Source: a virus (lineage: Duplodnaviria > Caudoviricetes). From it: 55,767 nucleotides of DNA. Position numbers and translations under genes: made by a program. Under the pieces are notes generated by a model that saw nothing but the letters and a program-made list of their open reading frames with translations, did no database searches and had not been told where the DNA came from. Position 1 is the stretch's first letter. Each line of letters starts with the position of its first letter. The stretch covers positions 1 through 55,767 of the IMG/VR virus record IMGVR_UViG_3300021197_000751; one strand, 5' to 3'. Shown one piece after another: positions 1-12,000 of this stretch.

Positions 1-3000
1 TTGGTCCGATCGCTTTAACAGTCAAAGGGTTATGAGTCATGACATTGGCTACAATACCAAGCGGTTCGCGCTCGGTGTAAGTGTAGCCCATTTTGGTGAT
101 GTGGAAATACAATGCGCGGTCATGAGGCTCATACGCTGTCTTCAACACATTGTCTTCGTTAAGACCGTATTGACTGTCGGGGAATGTGTTAGGGTTGTTG
201 CTTATGCGTTCATATCCGTTCTGTTCCCAATATGGTGCTGTGTAGACTTCTTTTCCGTCAAGCCCGAATGCAGACTCTACTCCTGCGCTTGGTTGCGAAG
301 GGTGTTGTAATCCACCATCACCCATTGTTTCGTGTTGATATGCTTGTAGTCTATCAAATCCGCTACGAACGAGAATGTTAGAAGGTATTTCATCGTGATT
401 TGGTAATTGTATTTTCATGTTAGGCGCTATACCGGAATTGGCAAGTGCGGGTGACAAGCCGGAACTTTCTCTATCACTTTTTAATTCGTAGTCACGGATA
501 ACAACACCAAGCGGTGAACCACCCGCAAGTGTATGAACTTGGCCGGTATCATCTGTGACCTCCATTCGGTTGAATTGTAATTCTTCATTAGGTATTGATA
601 GCGCGTTGCGTATCTCATACGGGTATTGTTGCGCTAATGATGGATGAGCCAATTCCTGTGCTTGCACAATAGGGAACATTACCTTATTTGTTGTTTCAAA
701 CGAAAAGCGTGTATTACCATAAATCGTTTCTCCAAACTTAACATACGCACCTCCGACCTTGTGATACTGCCACGGTATAGAACCAAGACCGCGAGCGTTT
801 GGTGCAGGTAATGAGAGATTACCTCCACTCATTCTTTTCCAAACCACATGTTCAACAAAGAAGTTTCGCGCGGCTGAACGACCTACACCATAATTCAAAA
901 CACCGGCAAGATGGTCGCTATATGATGAATAACCTACATTTTGATTGACAAGTTTATTCCCGTCAAATAACGGTTCACTTACATCACTATCGCTATAATT
1001 TTTCAAACCGGGATTGTGGTCTGCATCGTAAAACAAATCACCTGTTGGGAATAAGCAAGCATCCATTTGGAATAATGTTGCTTGTGTTGATTGATTTGTT
1101 TGCGCAAGGGTCGCACCCTCTTTAGGAATAATTGATGTTGACTCATACAGCGCTTCGACATGCGGACCTGCATTTGATTCAGCATTGTATCTATCATTGT
1201 TGAATCGTTCATTGTGATACGCGACAACTGTGCCTCCCATATTACTCGCTGACCATTTCAAAGCCAACATATCACCGCATGTAGGTTGACCATTGCGCGA
1301 AGCCTTTGCTATAATTGGTAAATCCCCTTCGTAAGATATAGCGATGTAATGTCTTTGATGAACTCTTGATGTTGCAGGATGCGCTGATACTGTCGGAACA
1401 AGTTGATACAAAGCGTTTTCAATTCCTCCATCAGCAGGAACAATTGTCATTTGGATAGAGTTGACTGTGTGACATGATTGAGATGGCCCGTATGGATTGA
1501 AGCCCGAAGCGGGCAACCAAGCGCCTAAACCTGCGGCGACCTTCGTTCCAATGTTTAGACTGTTGAGATACGAATAACGCTCACCATGCCAACCAACTGC
1601 ACCAACCGCGCGCGTTCTGTCTATGGCATCGGTGACACCGTTAAAGTGAACTTGAGTTGCCGCTAAGTGGTCAAATATGCTATTAGTTCTGTGGTGTGTT
1701 AGCGCTCCCTCTACCATTACACTCGTTGATGCATCGCTTCTTGTAGAAAGTGCGGCTTCTTGGAATCCATTATCCCATCTCAAATTACCGGATTTCGACC
1801 ACACATATGCTTTGTAGCCACTAAGCGCGGCTGTATTCATTGCCGCTACAACGCTACTTGCTCCTGTCGCTACTGTTGGGTTTTCAAGTTTGTTTGTGTT
1901 GCTTCGGTAATTATTACCTAAGATGAATGTGTCATCGCTTCTATGAGAATAATATCCGTAAAATGCGTTCGTTCCGTTGCTAACACGCACCCATCCATTA
2001 GCAGGTAGTGTCGAAGGCATATTACTCGCAAGAGTCACTAAACCATTTGTGTCATCATAATCGTTGATTGCTTGATTCATTTCAACCCAACTGTATCTAT
2101 CTTGTCTTTGAGCGTCTTGGAATGATGGTAAGAAAGAGCCGCCGATTGCTTTGAGGTTAGCAGGACCGGGCCATGTATTGATAGCCGCCGCTACAATAGC
2201 GGCTAACTCTTCGCTGTTTTGACAGCGAGTAGCGTCTATTACAAATGTATCAAGTGGGGGTGTGGTGTCCGCGTTGGTGTCAAATCCTGTTGCAACAGCC
2301 GCACCTACGCGGAACATCGTAGCATCGAGTCCTGTGACTAATGATACCGAGTTCCATGTTGCTGTTTGGCGAGAGGCTACGGTTGCACCTGTGATTGGGT
2401 GTGCAGGGTTCTTACGGATGGTGTCATCAAACCAAGAACCGCCGGGTGAATAACCTCCATCAAGATGAAAAATCATTAAGTTTGTTTTTTCGGGGGCGGC
2501 GGTAATACCCTTTCCGGTAAAACGCAATTGCGCTTTGTAATGAGAAAACGGATGAGCCATTTTTGGTCCTGCTGAATTAACAGAAGATGGGCTTCCGAAG
2601 TGATTTGATACATTGCGAGATTGCGCGGCGGATGTTTGATTGTAGTGAGAGTTTGAAAACCCAAGTGGTGTTTCCCAATGCCTAAACGCATTACCGGGAT
2701 ATACATTGTTTGCACCATACGCATCAGTAGGCGGTAAGAGTTGATTAGCCGCGCTATCAAGAGTTCCATTGTGTAATTCGTTAGGTAGCAAATGACCTGT
2801 ATCTGTATGAGCGCTGAATAGACCTCCAACAACTGTCGAACCATTCAACACAGCATACTCTTTTGCGGCGACAACCCATTTACCCGTAGGTTCTCTTGAT
2901 GTAGACATTGATTGGAGTTCACCTTTCCAATGTTTAGGTGCGGCTTGCCCCGGTCCAAATATCACATATGCAACGCTATTATCGCTATCAGTATATCGCG

Positions 3001-6000
3001 CGTATGGATGTGCAAAGCGTAGTATGATTGGTGAAGGTTTTACGATTTTGACATTCGTGTATGTTTTTCCGGTAGCGCCGTCATGAGCATCATTATTTCC
3101 ATCCATATCAGTCGCAAGTATAGCGTCTTGATTAGCAAATGGAGGAACAGTCGTTCCATGCATTTGGTCACATAAAGGTGAACCGGGGAACATAGCAAAC
3201 ATAGCGGCAGAATCAAGAAGAGCATATGACCCCATTTTCTCTCCAATATCTTGCATACCTGCGCATCCTGTCGGACCGCTTGCGTATGGATGCTCGTTAT
3301 GAGATGTGTAATCGACTTTAGCACCATCGTTAACATCCATAGTCACACCGCTAAATCCTCCACCGAAATACAATGGCACACTATGGTCAACGCTGTCTTG
3401 CGCGCCACGGAAATATGTCAATGGTTCACCATTGGTATTACCTGCCAATCTTAATCCGCTAAATTGTGCTTGATGTTCTGTTTTGTATTCTTGAGCATAA
3501 ATTACAATGTAATTTGATTGAATACCATTAGGATATTTACCTGTAAGTGGTTCGGTCCAATTCTCCGAACCATCTTCGGTTTTCATGAGGAAACAACCAT
3601 CAACCGGATAAACCAAAATTGACTCATCAGCGTAATACAGTCTTTTTGGTTCAACCCATGACAAGTCTGCCGCGCCACCAAATGTATCTGTTGCCGCAGT
3701 AGATATTGTGTAAGCATCACTTGATACTGCACCGTAGCGTCCGACCCACGCGTGTTCACGGCCTAACGGACCTGCACGATAAGTTTGACTAACCCATCCA
3801 TTATTGCATCGTATTCTTTGTCGAGGTATTGGCGTTCCGTCATCCGAAAATGTTCTTCGATATGATGTGATTTCTTTTGTTATGAGTCGCGCTTGGTTAG
3901 TTTTGCTAACAGTCACAGTTGCGTCACCGGAACCACCGGCAACGGTGAGAACATCGCTGTTAGCATAACCTGTGCCAAAAGCAACAGTTCCTTCTATGCT
4001 TGTTATCTGTCCGCTACCGTTCACTCCGACTTGTATCTTCGCACCGCTACCTCCACCTCCTGTTAAGGTGTAAGTTGTAGAAGCGGCATAACCGCTTGTT
4101 CCTGCCGAAGTCACAGCAAAAGTCCAATTGTTAACGGTGAACTCACCGGCAATTGTATATGAGTGTCCTCTTTTTGGAATATCTTGATTGTCGTCTTTAT
4201 CGCTTCTAATAGAACCAAAGTTGCCCGACAAGAAACCTCCCGTTCTAATTTCCGATGCCGCTACAATTTCTGCCCCGGTAGCGCTACCTGCTGAAATCCA
4301 TGTTGTAGGGTGTTGAACATCATTTGCGTATCTATACCCTACATATCCGCTATTTGGCACAGCATGAACTAACCCACCGGATAAAGGAGGTGCTATCCCA
4401 AACGGTAAATTGTCAATCGCGGGGGTGATGTGGTCGCCTACAAATCGCGTATATTTTTCACCGCGCAAATGTTTTTTCCATTCCGATGTATCAACAGGAT
4501 TATTGTTGCTGTCTATCAAAACAGGTGTTGCTGTGTTAGCGTTGTGTCCGAAATAATTGGTGTTGATTTGCAACACCGTTTTTGGTAAATATCCTGCATC
4601 AAACATCACTCCTGCATTTCTTTCTGCTTGAGTCAAACCTCCCATATGTGCTTGAGGGTTTGAACCAATGATACTCGCAACGGGTGCAGTTTCGGAACTT
4701 GATGCTTGAATACCATAATCTCGGAATAAATTAACATTGAATAAATCACTAAGCGGTTTTAGGTTTTTCTTAGAATTGAATGCTTTAATTCTAATAGCAG
4801 TTTGTGCATTATCACCAAGCCAATCTCCATATGTTCGACCGTCCGGCGCGTATAACTCACTACAATCAAACGCTACACCGTCTTCATCGTTCGGGTCAAT
4901 CGTGAATGCATGCGCGACAGCCGCCGCTAACAACTCATCGGTCACGATTGTTGTTTGATTAAGGTGTGGACTGATAATAACAGGTGGAATTGGGTTTGAT
5001 GAACTCGTTGGTCCTTTTCTTATAGTGCCATCGAAAAGAACATCCAAAGATGTAGCGTCAATTCCGGTAAGCCCAAAGAACCCATGTTCTCCGTTATACG
5101 CATTATGAGTTCTACCGGAATAATGAAACACCCTACCTACTTTACCGGAGGCTCCTGCATAACTTGAAGCGGTATGAGGAACTGCAACCCAAATCAAACC
5201 GCTATCGGGGAATCCTAACCATCCAAGAGCGTCTAAATTGGAACCTTCGGGTAAGTTATGCCATATACCTGTATTTTGATTACCCACACCCGAACCTGTT
5301 TTGAGATAAATTGACGAAGGATATGCATAACCATCGAGTGAACCAAACAATGCGCTAACTGTGACTCGCGCATTTGTGCCTGTTAGTCCAAGAACATCAC
5401 CTACTGCATATCCCGAACCTACTGCGGGGACACCTGTAATTCCGTTAACAGCACCCCCGCTTACTGTGACAGTTATTGAAGCGCCGCTACCTTTGTTTGC
5501 GCCGGATATATTGAACAAAGTGTATGTTCCTGCTGATACTCCGCTTCCTGCCACATTGATAGTAAGTTGTCCCGATGAGTTAATTCGACTTGTGAATTGT
5601 GTAGTTTTGTCACCGATACTTACAGCGAAACCGGAATTGTGTGTTCTAACTCCACGGAACTTATTACCTCTCCACGCCAATGCCGATGCCGCAGTAGAAG
5701 GAACTTGAGAAGTTATTTCAGTCCCCGAACCTCCAACTCCCCACATTCTATTACCGAGTGTAAATCCTCCTTGTGTCACATCACGGTCGTCAATATAGAT
5801 GACAATTTCTTCATCAATAGTGGGTGGTAGTTTGGTATTTTTATGCGTAAATGACTCCCCGCATGTTCTATACACCATACGAATTATGTGTGATTTTCCG
5901 CGATGGTCTGTTATTTTGAATCCGTAAATTGGTTCATTACCTATGTTATCGTCATTAACTTGACTCGCGGGAACATAACCTCCATACGAAGAATAAGATG

Positions 6001-9000
6001 CGTTTCCGGTCGGAACATGTTTTCCGTAGATGTTTTGGAATCTTGATGTTGAATGACCGTTAGCACCAAATCCCCATATACCCGCGTCCGGCGCAAAGCC
6101 CGGAACTCCCGAAGCCACAAGACCTCCGAAGTTAATTCTCCCTACTGCGCGAGTTCCTGTTTGTAGTCCTTCGCGGACAGTCATTTTAGCGTTGCCATCC
6201 TCAAAAGACTCCATGTTGATACTGTTAGAGTTTCGACCTGTGGTTGCTTCTGTGTTTGGTGTGCCTTCTTGCACTCCTTCATTTGATGAGACGACAGTAT
6301 TTGTGTTGTATTCAACATCATAGCCGAGATTCTGTGAGTTTGTCACATCTCCTAACTCTTCATCAAGAGATACATATTCGCGCAAAGTGGTTATTGGTGC
6401 AAACGGTTTTCCGTTTTTGTCGATTGGCATAGGAGCAGGATGCATATTTTCTCCTGCTATATCCGGCGAAGCGCAGTAATAGTTTCGGAATCGACCACCG
6501 TGACCAACTAAGTATTGAGGTCGATATTCGGATTGCCCTTTACTGTTATCAAGCCAAACGCAGAAATTACGACCGCTTGCGCCCGGAACTGTGCTGTGGA
6601 TAACAACGCTAAACCCTTCATTACCGTCAATATCTTCAACCACTCTACCAATATGAGCGCGCATATACCCCATGTGAGAACCGCGATTGTAAGATGTGAA
6701 TGCGCTATCATCCCAAAACGGAGACGGGTCGTGAGTGCTACCTGTTGTCGCAAAATCAGCATGATGATGGGCTGATGTGGGGTCACTTGGTTCATTTGTG
6801 TCTTGACCACTTGCTGTCACGGCTCTTCTGTTTATATCGAACCTTTCTCCTTCTGCGGAGTATTGGTCCGATGGACGACGCTGACTACTACGACCGTTGA
6901 TTGCACCGGCTTGATTGATAAGACGCACCACTTCTTTTGCCGCCGCTTCAATATCTGTCACACCATCTTTAATACCCACTTCACCAAAGTCTATACTAAG
7001 TCTTCTTGCAAAGTCCATTGAATACCAATGAGGGAGAGATTGTAGCGCTGTTTCGTAGTGTGCAGTAAGTGATAAATTACTACTTCGCTTACCTTTCATG
7101 CACAAGAATGCGGGTATTACGCGCGTCCCATCCGGTGTATCAAAGAATGTTGAATTGAAATCATAGGCATCTGCCGAACCTGCTCGCACCTTTGCTGAAT
7201 CAGTTTTCAGCATGTTTTCAGCATGTCGTGTGTTTGCCGCGCTAACAGAAACAGAACTTGGCTCAACTCGGTCATGTTCCGTAGATGTTATATCCGCAGT
7301 TTTTACGATGTGTCGTGTTTGGCGAGAAGGTCTTGAAAATTGACCAAGAGTAGATGTAGCGTAGTCGGCATCCATCAAATACCATGAAGCGTGAGCGTAA
7401 GCACCTTCTGTGTAAGTTGATTTACCTTCTTCTGCGTGGAGAGTATAGTTAACGCTGTTAATTGATTGTGTATGATGTGTGGAATTAGTAGTTTTATTTT
7501 TGGCTTGAGTAGCAAATCCTGCCGCTACATCTAATCCATCTATGAACGGAGTTCTTGCACTTGTTTGCACCTGCATATGAAGGTCATGGAATGCAATAAA
7601 CTCACGGTCATGCGCTACATCGTAAAGTAATACCCGCGCATGTTGTTCTGTGCTAAGGTAAGGGTCAAGATACGCTACAATTGGAGGATTGTTGCCATGT
7701 CCGAGTTCAGTCCAATTGAGAGAAATTGTTTTGTTAACATGTTGAACAAAGTTCTTTGCTGTCTCCATACAAGTGTTGCCAATTAAAAAGTTCTCAAGAG
7801 GTAGCGATGTTCTCGCTTCTGTTGTTAAATCACCCTTACCGCCATTAAACTCACTCCACACTTCATACTCGTTAAGAACACCGCGAGATTTAGCGAATAG
7901 ACCTTCGATGGCATGGGGGTTTGTGTAGTGCATGTTCATCCAAACAGTATCACCATAGCGTAATCCACCCGGCGCGTATGGATGATTCCATTTACTATTG
8001 ACTGTCCCATCCGGCAATTTGTAAGGTGCAACAACTGTCGATTCGATAGATGTGATAGTCCAAACATCACCAACATTTGTTCCTGCGGTTGTAATTACAA
8101 CTTGGTCAACATTAGCCGACGAATCGTAAGTAATCTGTGCTGTGTCACCTGTAATTTCATTTATAGCCGCGTAGTGATAATTTGCAGGTAATTCACCTTT
8201 GGGTAATTCACCTTTGAAAGTGACATCAAAAGGACCGCTACCGCTTTTTGCCAAAACGGTTATTTTAGCGCATCCGCTTTCGATTCGTGCAAGATGAGGA
8301 TTAGAAAGTGGTCCTGCTTTGAACTCAACAGCGCTAACATATTGACGCAATCCGTAATCAACATTACCTCCTTGCGTTTGAGTATTAGCGCGGTCGTAAT
8401 AGAACGGACGACGATATTCTTGCGCTGATGTTAGAGTGTTATGTGTGGTGTCGTTAGATAGAGGTTTGAAAATCTTAAACGGTTGTTGTCCCACAGTTAA
8501 TACAGAACCATTACGAATAGATACGAAGAAGTCTGCGCTATGGTTTCCTTCGGTTGTTATCAATTTTATTCTCTTGTTTGTTCTATCTTCATCCGGCGCG
8601 ATGTTCGACATGTGATAATAGCACCATTCACCATTATCAAGAATAATTTTTCTTATCCAATTTTCATAATTGCTACCACCATTACGAACATTGCCTCCTG
8701 CGCTTTGATTGGAGTCGGGTATTCTCTCAATACCTTCTTCGATGTTGAGATACACCCATGTTCTGTTTGCATCTAAAGAACCCATAGTCCCCGCAATAGC
8801 GCGAGTTGTTTCATCATTATACCATCTTTTGTAGTATGGTCCAAATACCGTTTTATCAATAGCAGGTGCGTTGATTGAGCGACGACCAACAGGACTCGGA
8901 CACCATGTATGTGCTGTCATGGTAGCATCAAGATGTATCTTCATGCTGTTATCCGGTCCGGGGAATATGTTTTGTTCTCTATTCTCAAAGAACTGATTAG

Positions 9001-12000
9001 GGAATAAAGGTATTTCAGCAAGTGCGCGCGTTGATGCATATTGAGTTCCTAACTGATAGTCGTGAGATATTGTCCCTAACGATTGAAACAATCTGTCGTT
9101 GACGGTTGTTCCGTCTTCACACACGCTTTGTGTGTTGAATAGAGGGTCGAGAATAAGTTGAGTTCCTATTACTACATTATTTGCTGAAACAAAAGCGGCA
9201 AATGAATCATGCTCATTACCGTTAGAAGCAACGAAACTACCCGATGAGAATAAACCCGTAGCGGTATCAAATGTAAATGCTGTTCCTGTTCTTGATTTGT
9301 ATTCAGCATTAGCGCCGTTTATCATGTGAACTCTACCCGTTGGAGGAAAACAATAAGTTCCCCACGAAGCAAGATTGGCGGAGTTATTATTGAGAGGTTG
9401 AACTGTTATCGTTCCTGTTGTTGTATCGACAGCGGTGACTTCGACTGTGCAATCTCTACGCGTATTCCACCCTACACGCGAAAGAGGTGAAGGGTCCCAA
9501 GACGGTTTTGTATTGATAGCGCCTTGTCCTGCCCCTCCAAGAGTGACAGAAACAACAGGCGCTCCGGGTTGTATTTCTTTAACGATGTGCGAATCGGGCG
9601 ACCCATCCCCTGTGAATGTCACCGATTGGTCGGAAACATCATCCATCAATCCGCGCGCTCTCATTATGAGTTGCCTTGAGCCTTTATCATCAGCAACTTT
9701 GAAAGAGTTAATTCTGCCTTGACCTTGAATGTATTCAATTGTAGCAAAAGTGTGGTCTACTGAATCATCTTTTGTGCCTACTACTCTTGATAATTGCATA
9801 GTTCTGTTTTTGCGCGAAGGTTGCACTATGACATAATGATAACCGCTATCAATGTAGTTATCAATTATATCAAATACTTCAAACGCCGCACCTTGTTGCG
9901 ATGCGTTTTGTTCTGTGACTTGGTAAGATACTGTTGTTCCCCCTGTTGGTGAATTACCTTTTGGTTTAGAAAGCGGGTGTAAAATCAATCTGTTATAGAC
10001 CGAAGGGTGTAATGATGATTCGTTAGAACCCTCAACACCAATAGGTATCGAGTTTGGTAAATCTGTTGCAAGTGCAGGAGTATAATTAGCGGGGATGCGA
10101 GATTCGTTTAGAGAAAACTCTCTTTCAGTCCCTCCTGTGTTGTCACCAACCAACCGATGAGGAATCATAACAGTTGAAGCATCGCCTACAACATCACCTG
10201 TAAATACAACAACACCTCCCGGCGCGTGTATAACAGCATTTGATACATTAGCGATATGATGCGCTATTGTATGACCGTCTAATACTGTATTCGCGCTTGG
10301 AACGGTCTTCTCAACTAACAAGCAAGGGTTTCCTATACCCATTTTAGCACCTGTTAAATCTATGGCTTTGTAATGAATCTCAACATAAGGGCAAGATGTG
10401 ATTGTCGAAACTTGCATAATCGCTACACGCGAAACATCTTCGGGCATAGCGTGAAGAGTGTGAGCATTACTACCTGTCACCACATCATCGAAACCATGCC
10501 CTTTCAACAAGAACGGCTTGATGTTATCCACACCTATTCCGATAACTCCATCTTGTGTGCTGTCAATTGAAGGAGCCATACCATTACGCACTACATTTGT
10601 CACAGTTGCGGATGTAATGACAGAATGAATAGCGCCGTGAAGCGCTGTGTGAGTAAGAGTTATTTTTGAGTTGATAGGGAGTTGGTCTTTAATTCCTAAA
10701 TTAGCCGCCGGGTAATGGACTCGGATGCTATCTGCAAGACCGTCGATTGTGCGCGTTATTGTGTGGTCTGTCGAAGGAGGTAGTATTCTCAAGAATGGAT
10801 GGCCTTCACCGTAATTGTAGAAATGTCGCCCGTTGTGACCTGTTTGTAGTTTGTCGTCAACAGCCCAATTAGCGGAAGAAACTGTAAATGGGTTTCCGCT
10901 TTCGTTAATAGAACACTGTCGAGAATAAAGGAATCCATGAAAATCATTTCCGCTTTCGTCAATAATCATCGCGCCTGTTCTATCAATTGCTTGGCTTGCC
11001 ATACCCGCCATTTGGTGTGGTTTTCCTGTTTGGCTATCGACTAATAAATCGGAACGAATGAGAACCATAGTGCTGTCATTCGCTAATTGAGTTGTAGAGT
11101 TGTATGCAGTTCGCGCGTGAAGAACGCCTCTTGCGCCGTATGTATCGTCTATGTTGAAATCAAGATGAATGCTGTTAACGACGATAGTTCCTGCATCGCT
11201 AAGGCTTACCAATCGCACTCTTTCGGGTGGTTTGTTGTTAGGTAATTTGCTCATAATGTCTGTCCCTGTTGGGTTGATGAGCATGTTCCAAGCGCGATGA
11301 GGTATGCTCACTACCTGCTTACCGGAAGGATGCGCGCTATTCATTGCACGATAATTACCAAGAGATTCGGGTGTGTAAGTGCCTGTAAAGGTATCGCTCT
11401 TACCGCTTATCAAACGGTAAAGAGTTTGAACTTGTGTTGCATCAAGAGTAATAGTAGTGGCATTCGCGCTAAGATTACTTTTGATATGAAATATGTCGGA
11501 ATCTACTTCGACAGGTTCTTCAAATCTCCACATGCCGATAGTGCCTGTTTCTTTTGTCACAGGTAAGGCTCTTAAATCAACAGAAGGCACTCCCCTTTTC
11601 CAATGAACGCTTTCGATATATCCCCTGTATTCTCCGCCTTTACCACCAAGATACAAATCTTGAGTGTTGATAGGAACTGAATACTTTGTGTTTAATTTCT
11701 CATACGCGACAAGTTCACCATTGATATAGAGCGTCAATTCGGATTCGCTAAACGCCCCTATAATATGGTAGAGTTCTCGTTGTTCTGTGTTGAGTCCTAC
11801 ATTGTTTGACACAAATGTTCCGGCATTAGTTGGGTAATTGTTAGCGCTTTTAACACTAAAAGACACTCCTGTTTGAGTGTGTATGGTGAAGATTGCAGGG
11901 GCGGGCGCACCTACGCTACCCATTCTTAATTCAAACACTCCGTCTTTGCTTGCAATCACACCTCCGCTATCGGGAGATACCCACGCCTCTATCGAGAACT

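Noticed and set aside
2188-2202. CCGCTACAATAGCGG, identical to the hairpin at about 55738-55752
   Set aside because: It is a single 15-mer made of two copies of an already enriched pentamer inside coding sequence, too weak to call a terminal repeat or att site.
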